Source: Gracilinanus agilis
Lineage: Eukaryota
Direction of reading: 5' to 3'
Length of the DNA stretch: 64,000 nt
Assembly (NCBI RefSeq): GCF_016433145.1
Contig: NC_058132.1
Location: 89,677,158 to 89,741,157, forward strand
How positions within the stretch are numbered: position 1 is the first letter of the stretch; each line of letters opens with the position of its first letter. Below are positions 1 through 12,619 of the stretch, one piece after another. A program made the position numbers and the translations under genes. Under the pieces are notes generated by a model. The model worked only from the letters and a program-made list of their open reading frames with translations, searched no databases and had not been told where the DNA came from.

Positions 1-28
1 TATATATATATATATACATATATATATA
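1..28. repeat. (TA)n microsatellite
   Basis: Direct reading. Confidence 0.95.
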
Positions 29-81
29 GAATCATATACTGTTCTTACTCTGATCATTTAGTCACTCATAAAAAGGAACGA

Positions 82-215
82 TTAGGCAGCTGGGTGGTAG
101 AGTAAGTACAAGTCCTAGGGCTTGGAGTCAGGAAGACTCATTTTTCTAAGTTCAAAACTGACCTCAGATACTTGCTCTGTTACTCTGGACCAGTTACTTA
201 ATTCTGTTTGCTTCA
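82..215 (+). mobile_element. MIR/MAR1 5' part
   Basis: ggcagctgggtggtagag...ggagtcaggaagactc...gttcaaaactgacctcagatac. Confidence 0.8.
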
Positions 216-218
216 GTA

Positions 219-360
219 CTTTTTTTTTTCATTCATTTGAACATCAATTATTTTAAACATTTATTAATAATCATTTTTAACATGGTTACATGATTCATGC
301 TCCTACTTTCCCCTCCACCCCCTGCACTTCCCCCACCCATGGCCGATGCACATTTCCTCC
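219..360 (-). mobile_element. L1 extreme 3' end fragment
   Basis: T-tract followed by ttaacatggttacatgattcatgctcctactttcccc, matching the reverse complement of the other L1 3' ends. Confidence 0.8.
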
Positions 361-764
361 AGTGAAGTATTTTTGAGAATAGGGAGAAACTTGCATGTGT
401 TTATAGGCAATAGGGGACAAATCAAATTAAAAAGAGATGGAAAATTAGAGAGATTAAGTGATGCCTAATTGAATTGAAATAGGTAGAATTCTTTGGAGTT
501 ATAGAAATATTTCTACCTATGCATTAAAGTTTCTCTTGCATCAATGATATGGGGGCACAGGGTCCCCTGAACACCTCAAATCCCTAGAGGAATATCATGT
601 CAAAAATTTTCTGAAGAATTTCCCAATACTTGGAGATGTAGATTCTAAGTGATCACCCTAATGCAAATATAAATAATATGGAAATAGATGCAGTATCTTT
701 TTTTTCCTCCCATTTCAGGGCATGTCATCCATATTCCTAACTAAATCTCATTTTTCTGACCATC

Positions 765-1638
765 ATGTCTACATTCAACAACTCTAAAGGTGAGGTATTC
801 ACCTTCTTCTTGATAGGTCTCTCAGGACTGGAGTACATTCACATATGGATCTCAATTCCCATCTGTCTCATATTTTTTGTCACCATTCTGGGCAATTGCA
901 CCAAATAAGCAAATGTACTATTTCCTTTCCATGCTGGCCTTCTCTGACCTGGGACTGTCCCTGTCATCCTTACCTACAATGCTAAGGGTCTTTTTATTGA
1001 ATGCTCCCAGAATTTCTGCTGATCCCTGCTTTGCCCAGCAGTTTTTCATACATGGTTTCAGTCTCATGGAATCGTCAGTTCTCATGATCATGTCCTTTGA
1101 TCGTTTCCTAGCCATCCACAACCCTCTAAGATACAGTTCTATCCTTACCAATGCAAGAGCCACCAAACTAAGCCTGGTATTAACCATGACAAGTTTTTTA
1201 TTGATCTTGCCATTTCCTTTCACTCTGAGGAGCCTGACATATTGTAAGAAGAACCTCCTTTCTCATTCCTACTGTCATGAAATTGGCTTGCTCTGATATT
1301 ATCTATGGTTTCTTTGTTGCTCTGATAGGAATGCTGGTCTTAGCATTAATTTCAATTTCCTATATTTTCATTTTGAAGACTGTTTAGGCATTGCTTCACA
1401 ACAAGAACTCAAGGCTCTCAGCACCTGTGTCTCTCATATTTGTGCTGTGCTTATTTTTTATATACCTATTATTTCCCTGGCTGTTCTTTACCACTTTGGC
1501 AAACATGCTCCCCTAATCATTAGAATCCTCATGGCTGATGTCCTTTTGTTGGTTCCACCATTAATGAACCCCATAGTATATTGTATGAAGACCCAACAGA
1601 TTCGAGTCAGAATCCTGAAGAAGCTGTATCTCAAGTAG
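765..1638 (+). pseudogene. Olfactory receptor pseudogene, OR51A subfamily (class I)
   Basis: ATG at 765 (MSTFNNSKGEVFTFFLIGLSGLEYIHIWISIP...GNCT). OR motifs MYYFLSMLA, MSFDRFLAIHNPLRY, SHSYC, TCVSHICAV and PPLMNPIVY are split over three frames by deletions (about 32, 14, 12, 1 and 3 nt versus the neighbouring paralogues). Stop TAG at 1636-1638. Polypyrimidine-CAG acceptor ends at 718. Confidence 0.95.
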
Positions 1639-1829
1639 GATAACAGGAAATACTAACCACTCCTCTATCATCAATCTAATGGTGAACTGTGAGATTAAGG
1701 AAAAAATCAATACCTCCTAATGGATAAATTAGGAATGAAAAGCAAAGAATCAAAGAATACGAAAATTTGAAGGTACTTTGAAAGGGACCAGCCAATCCAA
1801 CCTATACTTAAAAGCTATTTCCACCATTT

Positions 1830-2080
1830 ATTGTTCTTCATTTTCAGTCATATCCAACTTCTTGTGACCCCATTTAGGGTTTTCTTGGCAAAGATAATGG
1901 AGTGGTTTGCCACTTCCTTTTCTAGCTTATGTTATACATAAGGAAACCAAGGTAAATAGGGTTAAGTGACTTGCCCAAGGTCACACAGTTAATAAGTGTT
2001 CACAGTCAGATTTGAACTTGGGGAAGATGAGTCTTCCTGACTCTAGGCCCAGCACTATCCTCTGTTATACCTAGCTGCCC
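1830..2080 (-). mobile_element. MAR1/MIR-family CORE-SINE
   Basis: RTE-like tail (gtgaccccatttagggttttcttggcaaag), CORE (gttaagtgacttgcccaaggtcacacag), and head ending cctagctgcccc. Confidence 0.9.
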
Positions 2081-2169
2081 CATACCAAAATGTACTTTAT
2101 ATGCAGTCACTCATCTTCTGCTTAAAATCCACTAGTGATTCAGCATATTTATTATATGTAGTCCCTAGT

Positions 2170-4130
2170 CCTCTGCCTCTCTATTTCTCTACACAAAGGA
2201 GAGTTGAGTATTTCATCATTTTACCATGTGCACCAGAGTATAATTATCTTTTAGCATTGTTTTTATAAGCATTATTGTGGCTATTGTATATAGTGTTCTT
2301 CTGGTTCTCTGAGGATCACTATTTATCAATTCATACAAACTTTTCTATGTTGATCTGAATGTCTTGTGTTGTTCACTTAATATAGTATATTTACATTGCA
2401 CAATTGTTTTAATTATTTCTCAAACAATGGGCACTTGTTTTGTTTATGTTTTGTTAGTTTCTCTAGAAATTTCCATAATTACTATTTTGGTGAACACGGG
2501 CTTTATTTTTCTCTTATATAGATCTCTTTGAAGGATAACAAAAAAAAACAAAAAAACAGGATTCCTGAATAAAAATAAGTGAACAATTTGATGACTTTTC
2601 TTGCATGATTCTATTTTATTCCATCTAGTAGATGAGCTAAGTAAAATTTTCAGAAGAATGAATTATAGCAACAATTTACTATAGCTCCTTCAACACATGA
2701 TTTCTATCTTAAATCATCTTTGACAATTTGAGGAGTATGAGATGAAGCTTCATTTTTACTTTAATTTGCATTTTCTTTATTATTAGAAATTTGCAAGATT
2801 TTTATATCATTGTTTGAATTTTCTAATTCTTTTTGAAAATTATTTGCATATTGAACCACTTGCTCATTGTAGAATAAATCTTGACCTTCATTATTTACTT
2901 TGGGCTCATGTATGTTTTTTATAATATTTATCAGATATTTTTTATTTATCAAATTATTTATCAAATAAATCTTTCGCAGTGACTTTTCTCATTCAATATT
3001 CTTTTCTTCCAATTCTGGCATTTTGACAGCTTATGAAAAAAATTATTTATAAAATTGTTTTAAAAATCTCTTCATGATATCCTCTTTTATGTGTCATTAA
3101 CATTTCTCCCCTTTTCCATACTTTCCAAACTTATAAAAAATGCCTTATTTCACTTATTGTTTATTTTTTTGTCATGTAAATTTTTGAATTTACATTCCCC
3201 ATATCAACATTTAAATCTTATTATAAAATGTGTTAGAAATTGATCAAAATATGTTTTTACTAATGTTCTTTCAAGTTTTCCCAGCAATCATTTTTGAACT
3301 GTGCATCTTACAACATATAGTATAAAAGGTTGACTTTATCAAATATTGGGATTTTATGGTCAGTGGCTTTTTTTTTCAAATGACTAACTAGGTCTTAGTT
3401 ATTTACTGTATCCCACTGATCCCACTTTTATACTTTTTAACCAGTACCAAAAGTCTTTGGTAATTATTGCTTTATAGTATAGTTTGAAACATGGAAATGC
3501 CATTCTCCATTCCTAATTTTCCCCATTGATTCCTTTAAATTTACTTTCATTTTATTCCTCATTATTTTTGTCACTTCATCTAATTCAATAAATCAATCTC
3601 TTGATAGTGGGAAAATTATTTAATTGAATTTATAAATTAATTGTGAATAATCCTTGATTTTTTCAATTTATCCCACAATAGAGAACATTTAATAGTCATC
3701 TCTCTCTTTCTAGTACAAAATACTATATAAATTCAGAAGCATTAATTGACATCTCTTTTTTCCATCATTTCTTCTTGAATTTGTAAAGAAATCTGAAGAA
3801 AGGAATATCACAGATTTATTTTTCTTACTATTTAAGTGAAATTATTAATCATCTTTATCATTTTCATTTCCTCCTCTCTAAAACAAAGCATCATATTTGC
3901 ATAGGAAAAAAGTCCCCATAGAATGTTAAATCTCTTAAATCTAACATTTCTAGAAGTTGTTTATATAATAGTGGTTATAGGGCCATCCTTATTTTAATAT
4001 GATGCTTATTGCTAAAGTCTATCATTGCAAATAATACTAGATCATTTTATTCATGCACTTTTAGACATATCAAAAGAGAATCCTCTATACTTTTAAATAT
4101 TTAAAACATAAATATATATTAAATTTAACA
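2170..4130 (-). mobile_element. Old, diverged L1 fragments (3'UTR-like ~2170-2520; ORF2-like ~3050-4130)
   Basis: ttttaaccagtaccaaaagtctttggtaattattgctttatagtatagtttgaa is the antisense of the YYKAxVIKTxWYW-coding segment. Confidence 0.65.
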
Positions 4131-4440
4131 ATAAGCACTGATACCAGATCTGACTTTTATTCTCCCTCTCCACTACAGTGGTGCTTTAATCTCTGGATCT
4201 ATCATGTCTGTACCATGGGAAGTCTAGCCCCTGAAGGGAATAGTTAGGACCTTTTTATTATAGTTTTTGATACTTTATACCCCCCACCTCAGGATCCATG
4301 GGGAATTACCTAAAGGGAGGAGTTAAAAAGGTACTCGATGCAGAATGTAACTAGTTATGAAGCTGCTGTTTTTTTCTTTCATGCAAAGAAATGTTTAACA
4401 CACAAGAAACTTTCAGTTTTTATTAATAAAAACTTAAATA

Positions 4441-4635
4441 GGGGCAGCTGGGTAGCTCAGTGGATTGAGAGCCAGGCCTAGAGACAGGAGGTCCTTGGTT
4501 CAAATACGGCCTCAGACACTTCCCAGCTGTGTGACCCTGGGCAAGTCACTTGACCCCCATTGCCTACCCTTACCACTCTTCCACCTATGAGTCAATACAC
4601 AGAAGTTAAGGGTTTAAAAAAAAATTAAAAAAAAA
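4441..4635 (+). mobile_element. SINE1_Mdo-type tRNA-derived SINE with 16-bp TSD
   Basis: ggggcagctgggtagctcagtggattgagagccaggcc...A-tail. TSD aataaaaacttaaata at 4425-4440 and 4636-4651. Confidence 0.95.
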
Positions 4636-6619
4636 AATAAAAACTTAAATAGCATATAGAAATTCAGTGGGATACTACTGCTGTAGTACACAATTCTGAG
4701 AGAGTAAGTTAAAACTATCATATCATAAAGCATTTTCTGAGATTGCTGAATTGTTTTTTTACATTTCCTTAAAATTCTTCATTATCAAAACAATTCTATA
4801 CAGATTCTTATCTTCTGATAAGGCAGCCCAGGCAGTTAGCTCATCTCTCTGCTGCTGGTCATCCCTCAGAAACCCTAAAAGCATTGCAAAAACTTCTACC
4901 TAAAAAGAACTCCCCAAAACTGAAGGATCTGGGAACAGTATTGGGGTAGCCACTCCTTCACAAGCTAATTTAGAATCGATGTGAGTTTACCTATAATGAG
5001 GAAAGATAAACAAAGTAGAAGGAGCATTCAAAGGTCCAGGCTCAAGTTTGTCTATCTGAACTCCTGTACTGGCTTTCTGGGAGCAGTTTCCAGGCTGCCT
5101 AATTTCTTTCCCCAAACCTAATGAGGAAGGCTGGACTAGTCTAAGAATTTGGAATCACTTCCTTGTCTGCATGGAATCTACGTGGACTCACTCCATTATC
5201 TATAGCTCTTGCTATTTTTCAGCCTCAAAGGGATTATTTCATCACCCCAATGTACTCAAGTCCTTTGTTGTTGAGCAATTCTTTTCCCACAAGTGTTTCA
5301 ATCTCAATATTTCAAAAACCATTTCTACCCTAGCTATATATATTTTGAGAAAGTGAAAGGAATACAGATTACAATAATTAGTTGGATTGGCTCAAGCCTT
5401 CATTTTTTCTAGGGATTTCTGATACATTGCAATAATCCTTGTTAACTATAAGCTAAGAATGAGAAACCCTCTACCTGAACCCTGAACTGCCTGTACTGAC
5501 TGAGCCTAGACTAGGAACAGTTTTAGGAACTTCCCCTAATAAGACAATCATTATCTGGACCAGGAGAAATTCCAGTGATTTCCAGATAAAATAACTGTTA
5601 GCAACTTATTTCCTCAGAAACCCAAATCACTCCAAGGATCTATTATCAAATTCTTGTCCCCTGACCTCTTGTGGGTTTTTTCCTTTATTTTCATACAATA
5701 AAAAGTTAGCTAATTCCTGTAGCTAATGAGCTCCTTTTCTCTAGGAGAGGAGCACCAAATGCATGCCATTTTGCTGAGGATATAGTAAAAACATCCTTTG
5801 CTTCTCTCTCACTTTCTAATGTCTTTTCTCCCTCAGTTTGGCTCTAGTCCATGAAGTCAGAGGGAAGGTAACAGGTTGACCATTTTTAAAGACTTTTCTG
5901 CATCTAGTTCAGCTTCTCATTAACTCTTCACCTAAAACATTACAATAGTTCCCTATTTTTCACACATCCACCATCTACTCCCTTACCCTATACATCCACA
6001 CAAAAAACCCTGCCAAATTGATGATCTATTTCGCAGTCATCAAAATATTACTCTGCCTCCACTCTGGTCACTCTCAGAATGCTGAGCCCAGAGAGGTGAT
6101 TCAGATCTTGGACAGAATCTGGCCTCCACAATTCTTCCAACTTCACGTGATGTCTCCTTTCTGCTTTTACAATTCCCCTTTATGTATTAGAAAATTAAAA
6201 TGAAGGAGGGTTTATTTATTTGAGTGCCATTGTATTCCCAGTGCCAAACACTATTCCTGACATAGCAAACACCTTTTTTTTTCTAGTGTAAAAGTGAAGT
6301 TCCTCTTTGGATTTAAAATATTTTAATGAATTCAGAATATGTTATTCCAATTTACTTTCCAGGTTTATTGCATATGATTATAATATATATACATATACAT
6401 ATATACCTTCTTGCTGATCTTCACATATGACATTCCCTCTGGTTTCCATGATATTATATTGTGCAAGCTGTTCCCCAAGGTTGGAATTCACACTAACCCA
6501 TCTCCCCATCCAAGAATTTCTAGCTTTCTTTAAAGCTAAACTCAAGTGTAAACTTTCATGATCAATTCTAACCTAATCCCAGGTATTAGTGCCCTCTTAT
6601 TAGAAATTATATTGACACA

Positions 6620-6819
6620 GGGGCAGCTGGGTAACTCAGTGGATTGAGAGCCAGGGCTAGAGACAGGAGGTCCTAGGTTCAAATCTGACCTCAGACACTT
6701 CCCAGCTGTGTGACCCTGGGCAAGTCACTTGACTCCCATTGCCTACCCTTACCACTCTTCTGCCTTGGAGCCAATACATACTATTTACCCCAAGACAGAA
6801 GGTAAGGGTTTTAAAAAAA
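6620..6819 (+). mobile_element. SINE1_Mdo-type SINE with TSD
   Basis: Same head sequence. TSD agaaattatattgaca at 6602-6617 and 6820-6835. Confidence 0.93.
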
Positions 6820-8517
6820 AGAAATTATATTGACAACATTGTGCTTTAAAATTTTTTTATGTGTATGTTATTTTCCTCTGATAGGATGTAATCCCCTTAA
6901 GCCCACTATATAACATAGTTAGCACATGCTAAAAATGCTTATTTCATAGGTTGAACCCATTTACATAGTCGGTTTTGCTCTGGTTGCTAATTATATTCCT
7001 CAAAGTAGCACCATCCTTGAATCTATTGTATAAATACAACTTGAAAATATAGATTTTGGGGGAGGGATTTGCTGGTAGTCTTTTTTGCTAAAATTTCATT
7101 TTTGCATCTTTTTTCATTAGTCAATTTTTTTCATATGGCTCTTTCCATAAGTCTTTGAATATTAAGACCATATTTCTTTCAGATATGGAAAAAATAAAAA
7201 TGCCTTCTTTATCCTTTATTTTTATAACACAGAACTGGGAATATTTACTTCACAAGTTATAACTAGAAATATACAAATTTACTCACCTCAATAGGAGGAA
7301 AGCCCAAGTCCCATTCCTTTTATACTATTTTAGTATCTGAGGAGGAGAAGATTAAGTTCATACATAAAAGCTCAATTTTTACAGTGCTATTTCAAGTCCA
7401 GAACCTGCCATGAGCTTGAGTCCCAGGCATCATGCTTTCTCAGGGTTTCTATGCCAGGTTGACTGGCTGACTTGCTTGGACTGCATTCTTAGATCTGATC
7501 TCCCCATGGGGCCACCTCCAGTACCTGAAAATGAAGACCACAGCAAAGAACAAAAGCAAATATTCTGATGGGTTTTCTTGGGAGCAGAAGGAAAAGAGAA
7601 GGAAAAAGGGGAAAAGTTTCTTTCCTCTCTCATGAGCTCACATCATGGTGACCATCATGGGTGAAGCAGACAGGACTCACAGACAATAACACCTAAGTCT
7701 TGACACTTAAAGGATTCCCTTACCCCCAGTCTGGTAGGGGACACTATAGGCTCCATGTCAGACAAACTGAGCTAGATCAAAAGATCCCAGAGAAGTCAGA
7801 TAAAACTAAGAAATAACTATTTGAGCATAGTTATTAATTAGTTTTTAAACACAATATAATTTAATTGTAAATCTATTAAGACCATATCCCCTACCTGCAA
7901 CTCTGTGAACTTTAGCAAATCATTTGTGACTTGATTAATTTCTTTATCTGAAAATGGAGTATTACAGATCACTACTTTTTTTACGTTTGTATTTTTGGCA
8001 TTTGACATTTTTTATACACAATTATCAATTTCCTTTAGGCTATTATATTAATAGAAAATAATTATATGGCTACATCTGATAACTTTAATTCTTCTGTAAT
8101 TATAATGAACTAATCTTGTTCATTTTTTTAAATGATCATTTGATTTTTTTCTCTCTCTTTAAAAAAAGAAATTGGAAAATGTTGAAGACATAAGATAAAA
8201 TTCAAAGTGAACTAAGAAGAATCAGGAAAACTATATTTGCATTACCTTTCACTGGGCAAATAAAAGGGGCATGAAAAAGTGTTTCCCGTTTTTTACTAGG
8301 CTATCTTCCAAAAAAACAATATTGGTTGTTAATAGAATGGGAATGGTGAATAGGTAATAGTAAAATCATAACAACAGATCTTGATGCATAGAAATTTCTA
8401 AAGCTAAAACACCGGACATAATAGTAAGGGATGGAATGTGAGTTATTTCAAAGCTACCTTCCCTGTGTATCTTTCTGGTGAGAAGAATTTACCTATTACT
8501 TATAAAACAAGAGGGTT

Positions 8518-8680
8518 GGGGACAAGTAGGTGGCTCAGTATACTGAGGGCCAGACCTAGAGATGAAAAGTCCTGGTTTCAAAACTAGCCTCAGACATTTC
8601 CTAGCAACTCACTTAACCCCCATTTCCCAGTCCTTACCATTTTTGGCTCTAAGATGGAAGGTAATGATTTAAAATAAATA
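8518..8680 (+). mobile_element. Diverged SINE1-type SINE
   Basis: gggacaagtaggtggctcagta...gcctcagacatttcctagc...gatggaaggtaa. Confidence 0.8.
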
Positions 8681-11600
8681 AATTAATTAAAATATCAGAG
8701 GAAACAACATCTAAATATATGATATTTTGATTCTTGTTTTTGATTAATAAATTTTGCTTTTTCCACGTTGTTTGTATAAACTGATTTTCTTGAACCCAAT
8801 CATAGGTGCTGATTCGTCTCATTAGATTTCATCTAATGCTGTACCTCATAAAGCCACATTTTTGGACCACATATAAGTACCATAGAAAACTATCCCAGCC
8901 CTACCTTCATTTCATATGAAAAATCTGCTAGACATTTTATTCATTCTTTCAAGCAGTTATCCTTCTCCTCCCAAAAAAAAAGTAAATAGCATTTAGCCAA
9001 TAAATATTCCCATATACTTTCCATGCTGTCCTTGCACCAGACTGGTCTGTGGAAGACTAGAATGCTGGCTCTAGTGTCAGAGGAAAGATGCTCAAATTCT
9101 ACTTCGGACATTACTATCTATGAGACACTGAATGAGTGACAATCTTTTTAACCTCATTTTCATCACCTATGCAGAAGTATGGAAAACAAGCCTTATGTAG
9201 GACATATTATATGTTAGGAAGTTTTAAAATATCTCATTTGACCCTCAAAATAATCCTTGAAGGTGCAGGTATTATCACCATTTTACATTTGAGATAGTAA
9301 GACTGGGAGTAGGAGGTACAGAGGTGGCCAGGAGAGTAGAATAGGAGACCTCTGTCCATTGAAAATCAGTTACCTTCTGACTCCATTTAAAGTTCAGTCA
9401 TTCAATAAATACTAAATCCTCCCCACTATATTACAGATTCCCTTTCATCTCTTTATATTTTCTATAGAAAAAAGAAGACAGATTTTTCTTTAACTCTCCT
9501 TGGTTCAACTTAAGGTAGAAGAATTGAAGTGCCTCTGCCCATACTTATAGAAAATACAATACTTTCTTATTTTTTGCTTGAGAGAGTTTTTTTCTACTCA
9601 TATTATGGTTATTTGTGTTTTAGTTTAAAATACTAGATTTTATACCCAAGGAATCATCTTCTTATTTAGACAAGGAAAAAAAACCTAACAAATCCCTGAA
9701 ACATAAGTAACAAGAGCCAATATAGCCTATCATGGGGAAATCAATTACTTAGTTAATATATGTCATCAGGGGCCCCTGGTTTTGCTTCTCACATTTCTCT
9801 ATTCTAGGAGCTCTTCTCTTCCTCCATGGATCCCATTTTCCTCTGTGGATTTCCCTGGGACATTGGATTTTTACTATTAGAACACAGCCAGCTGAACCAT
9901 GGTCCCCTGTGGGCTGAGTTGTAGCAGAGCATGGGAAATAGGGAGACTTTGTGGGAGGGAAAAGTGTGTGTAGGAATTATATTAGGCTTGTATGCCTCTG
10001 TCTTTCTGTATCACAAGTAGTGCATGAGGTCTTCTGTAAATTCTTTGCTTCAAATTAAATCCATCATATTTGCATCTTTCTCCAGAGATAATAGTCTAGC
10101 CACTTCTTAGGAAATAAGAATAATCTGTGATGGCCTGATCCAAGTGCAGCACTGATGTCTCTTTGGGAACACAATTGACTTTTCCAGATGTTGTTTAACC
10201 ATCCATTTAATAACAGGTCCTACAATGTTAGCAGGAATTGAATTCAACCCAGCACCCTGTTCCAACCCTGCCTTGGCTTACTATATCCACACTCTGTTAT
10301 CACACCTTATTTGAAAAATATCCATATTTGTCTTTCTCCAATCCTATGCTATCTACCACAAATTTTCTAAGAGCACTGATGGTGGCTGAGTGATTGCATC
10401 TACTAAACCTTGCAGAAACTGCACAATGCACTTAACAGGACAAACAATGTGAACTTATCAAGAGCAGCTAGATGTTCATCTCTCCCCTGTTTATCTTGTG
10501 TGTTGACCCTCTATTAGCCGATTTTTAAAATTAACAACATAAATGCCATTCTTCTAGAGTTGGTGAAGGAAATGAATTTTAAATGGACATTTAATTTCAT
10601 TGGCAGAGGTGTCAAAACCACAACTTTTATTCTTAGAGAGTCATGTAGAGAACCTATAGAGATTCAGTGATTTCCCCAGGGTCCCAGAGTTGGGATGAGT
10701 CAGAGGGAGGACCTGAAATAGTTTTTCATGCTATATATGCCAGCTCTCTTTCCATATAGAAGACAGAATCAAAAGAAGAATTGAGGCTCTCTACCTTATT
10801 TCTTTCTAAATTAATTTTATTCCATAATCTGTGATCCATGAGCCTGCTTCTATAATCAGTGATCATTGATTCTCTTTTTCTCAATGTGGTTGTTTCTTTT
10901 GTCTTTTTTTTTTACACCACTCTTCATCTTCTCTTACATCTTACTTTTCCTGCCAAACAACTCATTCTGATATTTAGTGCTCTGGGTATTATTAATACTG
11001 GACTGCTGCACAAATTAAACATTTTCATCTATATCCAGCTTGTTTAGGGAATGACTGAGATGAACCTTAATGGATAATTATATATTGGTTAACTGATTCA
11101 TAAAGACTATTGTAGAGGGATCTATATGGAGCATGAGATAGGACTACTTTCTCTGGAATTCCATGAAACAGCAGCTGCTTCTAGAGAAGTTCCTTGTAAA
11201 CAAGATGTGACCTGGTAACCCACTCTGCATCTAACTCCACAAAACTAAGGATTTCCCCCCACACTGAGAAATAAATAAACTGAAAAAAGTCTAACCACCA
11301 AAGGACAATGGTTGTTGGTTCTCCCTTTATCACTGATAGAGTAGTTGATTTGTAGAGACCTCATTCTCCTCTTTTCAGAATGTATGTTGGCTACAGTAAG
11401 CACAGGTTTATTATTGCCATTTCTATAGTCTTTATGTAGTTTTTTTGCAGTCAGTATGAAAGTTTAGGATGTTATACAATTCTCTTCTTGCTAACTGTAG
11501 TTACAGGAAGGCTTAACTCTACCAATATTTCTCATTAGAAAACCATCCTTTTCAGAAACATGACATGAACCAACTCATTGCCCAGGAATGGAAAACTTGG

Positions 11601-11683
11601 AACAGATCAAACATCTTTGAGTGCTATTCAAAGAAAAAGTATCTATTAAAGCCAAAATTGGTCTCCTCCCCTTCCTACCTACA

Positions 11684-12619
11684 ATGTCTAATCTGAATGT
11701 TTCTGACATTGAAATCTCCACCTTTTTCTTGGTTGGGATCCCAGGGCTGGAACATTCTCACATCTGGATTTCCATCCCCATCTGTTTGGTGTACTTAATT
11801 TCTACTATAGGCAACTGTACAATCCTCTTCATCATCAAGACAGAATCTTTACTTCATGAACCCATGTACTATTTCCTGTCTATGCTGGCTCTCTCTGACC
11901 TGGGCCTTTCCCTCTCTTCTCTACCCACCATGCTGAGAGTTTTTCTATTCAATGTCCCTTCAATCTCTGTTGATGCCTGTTTGGCACAAGAGTTTTTCAT
12001 TCATGGCTTTACAGTTATAGAATCTTCAGTTCTTGTAATTATGTCCTTTGATCGTTTCATAGCCATTCATAACCCCCTGAGATATAGTTCCATCCTCAGT
12101 AATACAAGAGTTGCCCAAATAGGGCTGGTATTCATCAGTAAGAGTATCCTCTTAGTACTTCCCTTCCCCATAACTCTGAAGAGGCTCAGATACTGTAAGA
12201 AAAATCTTTTGTCCCATTCTTACTGCCTCCATCAAGATGTCATGAAGTTAGCCTGCTCTGATAATCGGATCAATGTCATCTATGGCTTCTTTGGTGCCCT
12301 CTGCATCATGGGTGACTTTCTGCTCATTGCTGTGTCCTACATACTGATATTGAAGACTGTGCTGGGAATTGCATCCCATGGAGAAAGACTCAAAGCTCTC
12401 AACACTTGCATCTCACACATCTGTGCTGTAATCATTTTCTATGTACCCATTATCACCCTGGCTGTTGTCCATAGATTTGCAAGACATGCTCCTCCTATTT
12501 TTAATATCCTCATGGCCAATCTTCTCTTATTAGTACCACCCCTAATGAGTCCTATTGTGTATTGTGTAAAAACCCGCCAAATCCGAGAGAGAGTCCTACA
12601 GCGCCTGAGAATAAAATAA
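11684..12619 (+). CDS. Olfactory receptor, OR51A2/OR51A4-like, 311 aa, intact single-exon CDS
   Basis: First ATG at 11684 (the ORF track starts at an upstream GTG). N-glycosylation site NVS, GNCTIL, LHEPMYYFLSMLA, MSFDRFIAIHNPLRY, SHSYCLHQDVMKLAC and KALNTCISHICAV are present. 'RVAQIGLVF' and 'YGFFGALC' resemble recalled human OR51A2/A4. Confidence 0.95.
   Translation: MSNLNVSDIEISTFFLVGIPGLEHSHIWISIPICLVYLISTIGNCTILFIIKTESLLHEPMYYFLSMLALSDLGLSLSSLPTMLRVFLFNVPSISVDACLAQEFFIHGFTVIESSVLVIMSFDRFIAIHNPLRYSSILSNTRVAQIGLVFISKSILLVLPFPITLKRLRYCKKNLLSHSYCLHQDVMKLACSDNRINVIYGFFGALCIMGDFLLIAVSYILILKTVLGIASHGERLKALNTCISHICAVIIFYVPIITLAVVHRFARHAPPIFNILMANLLLLVPPLMSPIVYCVKTRQIRERVLQRLRIK

Noticed and set aside
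2337-2345. AAACTTTTC (J-element motif) at 2337-2345 and its complement at ~56205
   Set aside because: Both lie inside transposons (old L1, hAT MITE), and about one hit per window is expected by chance.
4441-4520. tRNA-like A/B boxes (also in all other SINE heads)
   Set aside because: These are SINE pol III heads followed by CORE and tail sequence, not tRNA genes.
11621-11683. N-terminal extensions given by the ORF track for OR genes (11621, 25181, 32865)
   Set aside because: They start at GTG/TTG-type codons. For 25181 and 32865 a splice acceptor lies inside the extension. The first ATG gives the typical 311-313 aa OR with an N-terminal glycosylation site.
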